Assembly (NCBI GenBank): GCA_000002445.1
Contig: CP000070.1
Coordinates: forward strand, 672,001 to 736,000
DNA from: Trypanosoma brucei
Lineage: Eukaryota
DNA length: 64,000 nt
Direction: 5' to 3'
The notes under the pieces were generated by a model. It ran no database searches. It was given only the letters and a program-made list of their open reading frames with translations, and was not told where the DNA came from. The translations under genes were made by a program, and so were the position numbers. Below, in pieces: positions 34,914 to 45,495 of this stretch (position 1 is its first letter; each line of letters opens with the position of its first letter).

Positions 34914-35777
34914 CTAAATTTTAAACACCATTTTCTGTATGTAACCAAGTTCACTTAATACACCTTTGAGGTCACCCTGCTCGGCCGGGCTGGTACCATT
35001 CTCTTTATTCCCCGATATTGAATCCAAGAATGGAGGCGGCCCAGAGACAAGTATGATAGAATCCCCGACACGGTTTGGCGCTGGCATCAGCGCTTTGACC
35101 ATTTCCTTGGTAATGTGTCCGACCCCACCCATCCAGTCCGAAGGCGCCTTGGATAAAACAAAGTATGGCGAAAAAAGTGGGTATGTCTGCATTAGCTCAT
35201 TCAGTTCATTTCCCAAAAGAACGTCCTCTTTGCGAGTATTTTCATAAATCAGTGAAATTTCTGTTTTGTTATTCGGTGCCCGTAATACATTCCTGGCGAC
35301 CTGATAAACGGGGGCGATACCAGTATCACTCGCTAATATGCCAATCTTTTTATATCGATTGGATTTTATTGGTACTCGCACGAACGGTCCCTTGAACTCC
35401 GCAGCGTCCCCTTTCTTAAGGGAAAAAAGATAATTTCCCACTTTCGAATTCTGGTAATTTTTCACTAATATTTCAAAGTAACCACGCTGATTACTACTGT
35501 TGATGGGCGCAAAAGGACGCACAAGAACACTACCATCTTTACCGACGTGCCGCAGTTCCACGAATGACAATACCTCAAGGTTCAAAGACATGTCGGCCTC
35601 CGGTAACGCGAAACGAAATACTCTCGTATCGTGTGACTCATCATAAAAGTTCATCAGTGTATATTGACGGAAATCCACATGTGAAAACGGACTTTTCGAA
35701 GCTGCACAGTTCACTGAACTAAAGTTATACCAACTTGATGCAAAAGCACCCACTGCGGAGGCAAACAGAGCTTTCAT
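34914..35777 (-). CDS. Cytochrome b5 reductase-like divergent paralog (287 aa from the first ATG)
   Basis: Track ORF starts on TTG; the first ATG is at 35775-35777 (MKALFASAVGAF...). Colinear with the neighbouring b5R, but its motifs read RPFAPIN, ILASDTGIAPVYQ and ILVSGPPPFL. Confidence 0.7.
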   Translation of the reverse strand: MKALFASAVGAFASSWYNFSSVNCAASKSPFSHVDFRQYTLMNFYDESHDTRVFRFALPEADMSLNLEVLSFVELRHVGKDGSVLVRPFAPINSSNQRGYFEILVKNYQNSKVGNYLFSLKKGDAAEFKGPFVRVPIKSNRYKKIGILASDTGIAPVYQVARNVLRAPNNKTEISLIYENTRKEDVLLGNELNELMQTYPLFSPYFVLSKAPSDWMGGVGHITKEMVKALMPAPNRVGDSIILVSGPPPFLDSISGNKENGTSPAEQGDLKGVLSELGYIQKMVFKI

Positions 35778-35997
35778 GGCACCTTGCTTAAGGAAAAGTG
35801 AGGAGATATGGGGAAAGTGAAACAAAATGAGGTGGACCAAAAAACACAAAGCGCTGCAGTGTAACAAAGCAAATTGACAATGAATTCACAGCCCTCTGCT
35901 ACCCGCACAAAATTCAACGGCATTTTCACCACCAATTTTTCTTCGAGTTACGTCGTCCTTGTATGCTAAAACAAAAAAGCTGGCTCAATCGGTTACC

Positions 35998-37989
35998 TCA
36001 TGCACAGCGTTCAGCTATTAAATGATGGGGGAAACCTAACTCAACTTCCAGAAGCTTTTTTAGTTTTACCAGCCAGTTGCCTCCAAGGTGAACCTCCAAG
36101 GCTATTTTTGTCCCTGGTTTCAAATTTTGCATTCCTTTGGACGGGTCAAAAATACTACAAGAAGTAGAAAACTGATGTTTCCACTTATTTGAAAGAGAAA
36201 AAAGATCAAAACCAAAATCGTCAAGGTGTTTAACTGCAGTTACTATCTTGTTTCCAGAGCGTTTTTCGGTGTATATTAAGACCTTGGGTAGTGTACCTCT
36301 CTTAGTAAGCTGAGTAACTGTAGGGGCTGACGACGATCCGCCAGTGATAACCGCACTCGTCTCAAGAGTTATTTTATGAACAGGCACGAAGAGTTTCTGC
36401 AAAATTAGCTCTTCCAGCTCAGTAATCGGAATTTCTTTGACAGAGCCCCTAACCAAAGGTCCAAGAAACTCATCTAGCAACACACAAGGAATCCCTGATC
36501 GATCCCCCGAGATGTTTAAAATATTTTTAGATGAAATGTAACTTCTCAGCATATCGCATAACTGTTTCTTCGAGTACAAGTCATCTAGATATTCATCATC
36601 ATCACCGCTACCTTTATGATTATCAAATTTATCCGACGATCCATTGACTGTTCCGGAAACAACACCACCTTGTTCAAGAAGGATCCCAGTGCACAAGAAA
36701 AGTTGTATGTTCAACAAACTTCTTCCCCTCGGAGAATAAAGAGCTTCTACCGATTTGATACGACGCTGAAGCCCCTTCTTTACGCCACCTCTAAGCGCTT
36801 GTTGTTCCAGCACTAGACGTTCCTCCTCCTTCAACGGTATATGAAAAAGTTTCAAAAAATCAGCATAACTTCGTCTGTGGGTTCGATAGAGATCACTCTT
36901 TTTATTTACGGAAACGATAAAATGTTCTCCCTTCTTCTCTTCGGAAATTATCAAGGTTTCATCTCTCACTGTTAAATAAGACAGTGCTTTCCTGTATTTT
37001 GTCCCTTTAAAGTCGAAACGCATTTGCACATTCGGAAATCTTGGATAGTTCGAGAGCAACAGGGGCACAAACTCGCCAACGGGCAGGGGAAGCGCTGACA
37101 CGTTGAGCTCCCTTATCGCCTCACAAAGTGCAAAATCTAGTACATTATCCTCATCCTCCAGTAAACTCAAAGCAGCTTTCATTACACGCTCATCCTCACA
37201 GGAAGCGCCCGCTGCGTCATCTGTCAAGTCGGCCTCTCCGTTGAGACTGGTTTCCCCTCTAGTTCTCTCACAGACAGGGTGCATTTGAGAAGATACGATT
37301 TCAACCACCTCAGAATCACGAAATGTTGAAGGAACAACAGATATTGAAGAAGAGCAATACTCATGAAATGCATCGAAGCACAAATTCCACAAGCCATCCT
37401 TGTATGAGTGAATAACGTACACACCCTTTCCTCGTTGATTAGAGCCTGCCAGACCATCCGTTGCCAATCCAACAGCGTATGGAAAGAGGTTGCCAAGAGA
37501 ATAAATAAATACAAGATCACCTTTGCGGACAGGTGTATCGGTCTGGGTTCTCCTTTCAATAATTCCTGGTAACATCAAATGCGCCCCAGAAAGTATAAAT
37601 CTGGACGTTGGTCCGTGACAGAAAACCCGCGCACCAAAGAGGGAACCAAAGTCGGTGTCTTCTTTTTTGTAATAACACCTCATCAACGACAGCATGAACA
37701 GTGTAGGTACGATAGTAAATTGATTTTCCAAACAAACGCTATCCGCATCCTCAGACAAACGATTTACCGATATCACCAACGGTACCTTGTTAATCGAGTA
37801 GAGTACTGCGGAACCGCCACCTGAAAACTCCCAGAGGGTGCGGACGACGGAGTCATTCCTCCTCCAAAAAGAATCAAGACAACTTAAGTTATCTTCCCCG
37901 ACAATGCCATAGATATTATCCCATAAACATTTGGACTCTTTCTTACTTACAGAAACTTGCCCTTTCACGACATATTTCTTGTGAAACAT
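35998..37989 (-). CDS. Translation initiation factor eIF2D / ligatin homologue (663 aa from the first ATG)
   Basis: Track ORF starts on TTG; the first ATG is at 37987-37989 (MFHKKYVVKG...). N-terminal block SGAHLMLPGI...KGDLVFIYSLGNLFPYAVGLA...GKGVYVIHSYKDGLW is colinear with human eIF2D GGADLMLPGL...KGDLCAISLVGNRAPVAIGVA...GRGFSVLHTYQDHLW (recalled from memory). Confidence 0.65.
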   Translation of the reverse strand: MFHKKYVVKGQVSVSKKESKCLWDNIYGIVGEDNLSCLDSFWRRNDSVVRTLWEFSGGGSAVLYSINKVPLVISVNRLSEDADSVCLENQFTIVPTLFMLSLMRCYYKKEDTDFGSLFGARVFCHGPTSRFILSGAHLMLPGIIERRTQTDTPVRKGDLVFIYSLGNLFPYAVGLATDGLAGSNQRGKGVYVIHSYKDGLWNLCFDAFHEYCSSSISVVPSTFRDSEVVEIVSSQMHPVCERTRGETSLNGEADLTDDAAGASCEDERVMKAALSLLEDEDNVLDFALCEAIRELNVSALPLPVGEFVPLLLSNYPRFPNVQMRFDFKGTKYRKALSYLTVRDETLIISEEKKGEHFIVSVNKKSDLYRTHRRSYADFLKLFHIPLKEEERLVLEQQALRGGVKKGLQRRIKSVEALYSPRGRSLLNIQLFLCTGILLEQGGVVSGTVNGSSDKFDNHKGSGDDDEYLDDLYSKKQLCDMLRSYISSKNILNISGDRSGIPCVLLDEFLGPLVRGSVKEIPITELEELILQKLFVPVHKITLETSAVITGGSSSAPTVTQLTKRGTLPKVLIYTEKRSGNKIVTAVKHLDDFGFDLFSLSNKWKHQFSTSCSIFDPSKGMQNLKPGTKIALEVHLGGNWLVKLKKLLEVELGFPHHLIAERCA

Positions 37990-38232
37990 AACTTTTAACA
38001 GAAAAAAAATAAAAATAGGTGACGAATACAAGCAAATAGCAAAATGTCAATGAATCTATCGCGGAAAATATCAAAAATAATTCACTTCTATGATAGTTAC
38101 AATGAGCTAAATACACACAGGCAAAACACCTTCGCATTCCTGCAAGACAATATTTCCTACCACGAAATTCCCGTAATCAAGCGATGTACGGGACGGTGGA
38201 AATAAGTTTTATATGCCACATCAGATGGAAAG

Positions 38233-39156
38233 CTACGAAGCGTTCTTTTTCCTGGAATTTCTCCCTTTTTTCATCACACCTTTTGGCGGTTGAGGCACCC
38301 TTTTCTCAAGTATTTTGTCAAGAACTCTAAAAAGTTCCTCGGGGATATCATCGTTTTGCCGAAGCCAGAGAGTGTGTAAACTGGTATTGAACTCTTTCAC
38401 ATCGCTCTCACTTTCTTGTAAACCTTCCATGATGTGGCCAAAAGAACTTTGGCGCTCCTTTTCGCTGCTCTCCGACTTTGCCGAAGTAAACTCCTTCAAG
38501 GAAGACTCTAAACCCTTTTCAGAACCAGTGTACAGCGTAGTTCCTGCAGAAACAGCATCGCGAAGCTCAGGTGAGAGCAAGTCCACAACATGTTCAAGTG
38601 CAGAAACTAGTTTGTAAGCACCAAGGAACGTCAGTCGGTTTCCACGTAAGTTTAATGTTTTAATCTTTGATGAGCTTGGAAGCGAAGAAGCGAGCGCCAC
38701 CGCACCAGCATCATGTATACCGTTACAAGAAGCATGCAGAGACTCCAAATTCCCAATACATTTAGAGGCAGCAACCGCTCCCCTATCACCAATGTAGTTC
38801 CCATTGACATTCAAGTGTTTCAAACACCTGTTACGTTTGATACACGAAAAGAATCTAACGGCCCCTTCCTCTTGCATATCACACATAGACAAATCTAGGG
38901 AAGTAACGGTGTGGTTCAGTATCAACATTCGGCCAATATTAACGCATTTTTCGGGCCCCCAAAATGTTGAGGAGCAGCACAATTTTATTCCCCATGGCTC
39001 TGGGGGGTTCAAGTATCGGTTGCAAGCTATGGCAGCCTCCTCGCTGGGTCTCAGACGCCATTTGAAACTGTTTGGAGCATCAGGGTCTGGGGGTGCTGTG
39101 CTTCCCTCAATCGTTTCAATCGCCCTCTTGTACACAGATTCAACTTCTTCTATCAT
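38233..39156 (-). CDS. Leucine-rich repeat protein, ribonuclease-inhibitor-like (307 aa)
   Basis: ATG confirmed. Repeated LxxLxLxxNxIgdxGaxaLa units (LKHLNVNGNYIGDRGAVAAS, LESLHASCNGIHDAGAVALAS, IKTLNLRGNRL). First gene of the minus-strand unit. Confidence 0.7.
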   Translation of the reverse strand: MIEEVESVYKRAIETIEGSTAPPDPDAPNSFKWRLRPSEEAAIACNRYLNPPEPWGIKLCCSSTFWGPEKCVNIGRMLILNHTVTSLDLSMCDMQEEGAVRFFSCIKRNRCLKHLNVNGNYIGDRGAVAASKCIGNLESLHASCNGIHDAGAVALASSLPSSSKIKTLNLRGNRLTFLGAYKLVSALEHVVDLLSPELRDAVSAGTTLYTGSEKGLESSLKEFTSAKSESSEKERQSSFGHIMEGLQESESDVKEFNTSLHTLWLRQNDDIPEELFRVLDKILEKRVPQPPKGVMKKGRNSRKKNAS

Positions 39157-42100
39157 TCACCTAAAACAAGTAAACAAGGAACAGAAAGAATAAATTGTTA
39201 TCTTCATGAGCAATAATAATAATAACAACAAAAGGTGGTACCCTAAGCGTAAACCTCGTTGCTCTCCACCACACATACACAGAGAAGAAAATGGCGATGG
39301 CGGGAAGCAATCACAAGATGATCTGCCTGTGGCTGACACCATTTCTTAGACCCAAGTAACGGATACGCTAAATCGACAGTAACAACAGCAAAAAGGGAAA
39401 GAAAAAGAGAGAGATCTTGTTGAGCACAACGCATCTTTTACCACTTATCAGGAGGCTCTCCCGCACCACCAAAATCCCACGACCTTACATTCCCGGCCCG
39501 ATCCGGGGGACTGGACAAGGACGAGCACGGGAGCCTCAATCATCCACTTTCCCTTCAGCGGAGACAGAGTTGTGAATATTCAAAATGAAAAACGAATCTC
39601 AAACTTGATATACAGATGCGGTCACATGCGCATGTGAGCATGAACGTCTGCACATATATGCAGGAAATGTAGACAAATATTTTGACGAAAACAAGGGGCG
39701 CTGACAGCGATTCGAGGCCACCAAACCTCACAACAAACGACTGTCGATGCGCGGAAAACGGCAAGAACCAGTGCGAACACACGCGAAACACGCCACCCGC
39801 GCCACAAGGCCAAATAGGCACCCATCCCCGGAGAGGCACGACTCGCCCAACGGATCACGGACCACACACCCTCAGGGGAAACCGCAGTTAACTAGCCGTT
39901 CCGGCCAGGTGCCAACCACAGCCGCGCCACTCAACTACCAGCGAGGATGCGAGCAGAAGAGGTCACACAAGGGGAAGGCTGTACTAACGCAGCAAGGGGG
40001 CGTGGAACGCACTTGCAATCGGGAAAGCGTCTGCATCAGCAGGTCCCCGAATGTATGCGCGCGGGTACCCAGTAACTGCTAACGTTGAACCTGTCCCTCC
40101 CCCTCCTTCCGACTGAAAATCGAAGGGAAAGGGGGTAGCGATCTCTGGTAAATGAATCGGGATACTCGAGAAACGGTCTTAAAGTGGCCAACGAAGCATC
40201 GCAGCCAGGTATGACAAAAAAGATTGAGCTCAGTCTCTCGCAAGCGCGGTCTCCCCATCAAACTTTCCGCGTACTCCACTGACAGTGGTCAGAGAACATC
40301 CACCGAGAAAGGGGCTAAGTAAACACGGTTGTGAACCCGAAACCGTATGAGAAACCATCCACAAAAATGCCGCAAATATCAAAGACAGAATTTCCAGGGG
40401 TGAGGAGCCGTGAACCCCGAGCCGCTTACAACAAGGAAACCGAAGTTGGCATCAAGCCGATTGCCCACACGAGCTGCGCCAGCAAGAGAAAATGTATATG
40501 AATGGGGATTGCAGAACCACAGTACACTGGTAATTCCAGCCGCTTCCACGTGAATCCTGGGTCCGGTTCGCTGCCTGTGTGGAGAGAGCCAAGGATTAGC
40601 GGTGCTTCCCACCTGGGGGGAAATGGTCTCCTCCCCCCTCGGCATCACACGGTGCAGGGGCCTGCCACGCCTTCGTGCGACACCGTTTGGTCATTGGCCC
40701 CTGGGTACGTGCCAGCTTGCATCCAGAAGAAACTCTGTAGCAAAAAGGAAGAAACGCTTTCTGGGCTGCATAACTGCCGCATGGGGCACGGCATAATACC
40801 TAAAATATTTTGAGAGGGGCGATAAAATACCATTGTTGGGGGTGGGGAGCAAGCAAGCTCGCAGAGGTGACACCATTCCGAACAGCAACCGTGAGAAGTA
40901 CCCTCTGTGAGTCGGTCAAAGCTGATTTCCAGGAGAATAGAAGATAACATGGAGTAGTTGCTTCCATTAAGGCGATTGTGGTTCATACCAGAGCAGCAAG
41001 CGGCAGGCGCACAGGCTTAGACGTTTGGAAAAGCAAGCTGGAGGAATTAGAAAGCAGCGGCTGCCTTCATAGATCATGAAAGAACGGCCGGTTTAATGGA
41101 TCATGGGCGCAGAATTGCAGTCCCGAATTGCCTCAAAGGGCGTCCCTACTTCACAGGATATATAGAACAGTTTCCACATAATCGAAAATTGGAAATGAAG
41201 ATGGGAAATGTGTAGCCAGGAGACTTCTTCGATCTTTGCGGTGCGACACAAATTTGTCCTCGGATCACTTCTGCTCACTGTGATAATGGACGAACCAGAA
41301 GGGGTGCCGACCGGAGCGCCGGGTATATAGGCATAGCTTCTTTGCAAGCAATCTAATCATCATTCGCCTTGGCGCAGGTATAAAAAGATAATTTCGGCAA
41401 AAAAAAAAGGGCGGCGGAGGATCCACAAAAGAAGTTGCCAAAGTGAGGGCCATCCCATGCTCTGTGTAGAGATTGAAGATGAAACCGCTAAGATCAATTC
41501 ACACCACTCTTCGACCACACAAAGAAACTTATGCTGCAGCGTATGTTTCTGGTAAATTTTTGCCTCACCTTTGTGTGAGAAGATTCAATAACGCACAAGT
41601 GTGAGAACTGCATACACGAAAACTAGTTTATAAAGCCAACGAGTGGGGAAGACGTACCAAAAGAAGTTAGTCTCATTCCAATGGCAGATCATTTATTCAA
41701 AAGGGTGCCAGGCCCCTGTATATATATATATATATATCCGGAGGAGGAGAGGCAACTTCGAGTGTCCGCAAAAACAACTTTACTCGTAAGAACGATAGGT
41801 GTTAAAGTAGATTCAAGGGGGAAAGAGCAGATGCCGCAGAAGATTAAAAGTATAAACAAGCAAAGAGGAGAGTGAGGAACCTTGGATGATACGCCTACCA
41901 GGGTTGGAAGCACTGGATGGCAACGCCAGACAATTCTTCGGGAGCTGCGAGGCCACATTGTAGAGAAACGAAGGACGAAAATACGCGAAAAGGCGTGTTC
42001 CGTGGACGCTTCGATGGCGACACCGCCATACAAGATTGCGGAACCAGCAGTCCCTCACCTCCCCCATAAAATCTAACATAAGCGCGTTCATTAGACGGTG

Positions 42101-44952
42101 TGGCGGAGTTGCCGGCAGGGGGCTTATTGTAGGGAGTCCATGCACATCCGCTACAGTGGTCACCTGTGAGGGTACTAGGCGAAGCATGTGAGCCGAAAGC
42201 GCTGTGGAAGGGGATCCGGCGCTTTGTGGAGGCCTACCGCGTTTCCCCCGCCACGTTTTTGAAGTTTAATTTCACAGGTATGGAAGAAGAAAAGCCGCAA
42301 ACCCTTTCCAAGGTTTGAACAAATACAGGTTGGAGGGGCTGAGAATCACCATTAGCTGGAAAAGTAATGTCTGAGACTTCCGCTGAAGCAGAAGTTGCTG
42401 TAGACGCCATCACTCCGGGTACAAATCGGCTTGGCAAAGGAGTTTGTGTAACACCAACGTCCCAGAATATAGCGTTGCTAAGGAAGTACAAAGCAAAAAA
42501 AAACCGGTTTTGGGTGGGGCTGAGTTGTAAGGCGGAGAGTGCTCTTCGCTTTCAGCGAATAGTAGACGGAGTGCTCACAATGGGACATGTGAAGATGGAA
42601 GGTGTGTTGAAGAAAAAGCAAAGGAAGACGGGGAAACCATCGAGGGTAGTTTCGGAAAGGACTGTAAAGACATGTGGAAATTCTGTATCCGACAAGATTG
42701 GAGGACGGAAACTGAGAACAATACGCCATTTCTTTAAACACGAGTAGGTGACACCAACCTAACTGAACTGAGGCACCGCTTCCCCTTCGCGCTTCAGTGA
42801 CTAGCAACCTACCCCTGTACATTTCGCTTGCGGGTGAATGGTGCCTCTCTTCCTCTCCTAAAAAGAAGAAAATGCTCAACGCCTGTTTGCAACTTTTGGT
42901 GGCGGTTCACGACCATTGAAAGGGTTTGCTAAAGTTTACTCCGCACTACTAGAAACCTTTTTAAGTGTTTTTTCATTCCTCCGAAACTATTTTTGTTTCT
43001 TGAGCTTACAGTATGGAAGGTACAATCCATTTTTTTCCAGCATTCACCAAGTTTGGCCGCTGTTGCAACCTATGCGACGCCGTTTCTGACAACTGTTTTG
43101 GGAGGTAGTATGTTCGCAGAAAATGTTCCTCTTTCCCCGTTGACGCCGATTGTTTCAATACAGCGGTGACTGTCACCGTGTCCTAAGTGTAACCTAAGCA
43201 GTGGCGTTGTCCTTTGCAAGCCTTAGTGGAGTTGGTTATTGAGTTGAGCCCCGGAAGCCAGTGGTGTATGTGCCGTTAACGGGCCTCTTGATTGAAGTGC
43301 TGCCGCGCGTCGTCCTTACGGTCGCCACACTGGTATGCCTTAGGTCTCCAGCTTGCTTGCGTAGTGGCTAGGGGGGCTCTGACGGTTTGAGCTCTGAATA
43401 TTGTTGGAAATTGGGTAGCTTCTCTCCCTTCCCCCGCCCCCCTCCGAGTGAGGTCGCTGCAGTTGAGCCGGCTCCCCCCAGAGAACTTGAGGTCGGCCAC
43501 GGACCCCGCCGAAGCCGATTAAAAGCCTTTCCCAGAAGGTGCGTCAGCCACATCGCGAGCGGGCGGGGCTAGCGGCAAGGTGAAAAGCAAAAAGGGAGAC
43601 GGCACAGCCAAACTTTGCGTAACACGGATAGAGACCCGGCGTGCTAGGCATCTCCCTCGGACATTTGAGGCAGAAGTATTTTTTTAGAGGTGCGGACCGT
43701 TGGTTTCCGACGAAACAGGTTGGTCTTTATATCCTCTCGCGGATGGTTAGTAACTCCTCCCAGTTGTGTGTAGCTGGTTTTGCGTCCTTGATCACTGTTT
43801 TGTGTTTTTGGTGCGCTCGGTACGCCGATCAGGAAGCCCGGAGGCGGCGGTGGTGGCAGTTTTTTCTGGGGTTGATCACCCCTTTGAAGGTTCGGGGGCA
43901 GTCTCGCTGCAACAACTGTGTCCTCAGAAAAAACGGGGTCCGGCGGAGGTTGACCCTGGCGGCAGCCTCTATACTGCTTCCCGGCCGACAGGGTGCTGCG
44001 TCATTATTGCTCGCTTTTTTTTTTTTGGGGGGGGGAATGACGTTTCTGTTTTGTCTCTCTCTTTTTTTTTTTCGGATTTAGCAGCGGTGCGTTGTGCCGC
44101 CTTGGGGTGGTTTGCCGCGTTCACCGCTTTCAGGGCCGTGACAGAGTTTAGATTGAGGTTGGGTTGCGCGCGCGTACCTCACTCTCCACTGCCCCTGCGA
44201 CGCAGCTGCCTTGCTAGTTCCTTTCCTTTTCGTTTTTGTTTACAAAAATGACGTCGCCACAACTCGGGTGAAATCAGGCTCCAGCCGACAGCCCCGCGCT
44301 GCGGGAGATGGACTCTCCGCCCCCTTTCTTTGTCTAAGGGGCGGCGGAGGCGTAGTGCCTGTCGTTGGCAGGTTGACGCGTGCAAGGGGAAAGCCGGGCG
44401 GTCTCGTTGATGTGCGCTGACGTGCGTTCTCTGGGCGCTATCCGCTCTCTGGCAGTAGGGCGCGCACCTTTCGCTCCTGCAGGAATTTTCTGTTGCTTTA
44501 AGTTTTCAACACCCTCCTCACTTCTCACTGCTTACCCACGCGTTTCTTGTGGGTTATGGATGAAAGGAAGCGGTGGGAGAACTGTAGTTATTTTATATCT
44601 GTGTGCTGCGTTTCCTATATTCTGTACCTGCAGGGCGGCGGAGGGATGTTTGAGGACGCCGATTCTCCTTCTCTTTGCCGCTACCTTGTACACTTTCAAC
44701 TATTCGCCCTTTCTGGATGGAAAGACGTAGGAAACCCCATTTCATCTGTTATGTTTTGGTGTGGTCTTTTTTTGTTCAGCACCCGTTTAGTAATTGTTCC
44801 GAATCCTTGTTTCTTCGTAGGGTGCGTCCGGACGTTTTACACTTTATATTTGTAGCCCTTCATAATTACTTGTCTGTTTCCTCGCCTCGTAGCGTAATTT
44901 GTGTGTAGTGTGCCCTCGCCGATTTGACATGCTCTCCTTCTCGAAATAGAAG
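39157..44952. promoter_or_regulatory. Divergent strand-switch region (probable bidirectional RNA pol II initiation zone)
   Basis: Every confident gene below 39156 is on the minus strand and every one above 44953 is on the plus strand. The 5.8-kb gap holds no convincing long ORF and includes a GC/GT-rich segment with G and C runs (43.3-44.5 kb; ggggggggg at about 44025). Confidence 0.6.
42367..42747 (+). CDS. Candidate small basic protein (126 aa); speculative first gene of the plus-strand unit
   Basis: ATG start at 42367, preceded by a pyrimidine tract and AG (tttcccccgccacgtttttgaagtttaatttcacag). Lys/Arg-rich product. No recognisable domain. Confidence 0.2.
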   Translation: MSETSAEAEVAVDAITPGTNRLGKGVCVTPTSQNIALLRKYKAKKNRFWVGLSCKAESALRFQRIVDGVLTMGHVKMEGVLKKKQRKTGKPSRVVSERTVKTCGNSVSDKIGGRKLRTIRHFFKHE

Positions 44953-45495
44953 ATGGAATACCAAGGTTCTCCACAGCAAGAGGAAGGCGACGCTGCGCTT
45001 GCTAAGCGCCTCCACGAAGAGTTAAACCGTTCCGAAGCCTCCGGTCATCAAGAGCCAAGTGACCAAACTGGAGGCAGGCGACAGGTGGAATGCCCTATGT
45101 GCTCATCGGTAAGTGTTGTTGTTGGTGCCGCTGATGGGGTTCAGCAGGTTTGTGAGCGCTGTAAAGCCACTACTCACGGTGGTTTTGCAAGTGGTGAGGA
45201 TAACGAAAATTATAGTATGCAAAAGCTGTTGTTGTGCAATATTTGTCAATCCTACAACAGGGTTCCAAAGGGTACATTTGATGCCATCCTCTGCGGAGCA
45301 TGCGGTAATCAATTGAAAGCTGGGGGATCGGTGACTGAGAATTTGTCACCCGAAGATACACGGGTTCGGACGCAGGAAATTCGTGTGCGGTGCCCTAAGT
45401 GTTCTAGTATTAACACGGTAGAGGCCAACACTGATGCACTTAGTGTTCGCTTTGAATGTGGTTCGTGCCGATATGCTAATGAAGTTTTTTTTTAG
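44953..45495 (+). CDS. Hypothetical protein with three CxxC...CxxC zinc-ribbon-like modules (180 aa)
   Basis: ATG confirmed. Pairs CPMCSS/CERCKA, CNICQS/CGACGN and CPKCSS/CGSCRY with 17-20 residue spacers. Confidence 0.6.
   Translation: MEYQGSPQQEEGDAALAKRLHEELNRSEASGHQEPSDQTGGRRQVECPMCSSVSVVVGAADGVQQVCERCKATTHGGFASGEDNENYSMQKLLLCNICQSYNRVPKGTFDAILCGACGNQLKAGGSVTENLSPEDTRVRTQEIRVRCPKCSSINTVEANTDALSVRFECGSCRYANEVFF

Noticed and set aside
43641-44420. Overlapping 146-161-aa plus-strand ORFs and several minus-strand ORFs in the GC-rich part of the strand-switch region
   Set aside because: High GC removes stop codons. Frames overlap each other, and the products are Arg/Gly/Ala-rich with no domain. 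Regulatory DNA is more likely than coding.
39200-44950. Searched the strand-switch region for tRNA, 5S, snRNA and snoRNA genes, because kinetoplastid tRNAs often sit at strand switches
   Set aside because: No GGTTCGA(A/T)TCC T-loop on either strand, no D-loop plus acceptor-stem arrangement, and no C/D box pairs at plausible spacing. Nearest resemblances (about 39700 cgattcgagg, about 40575 ggttcgctgcc) lack complementary stems.
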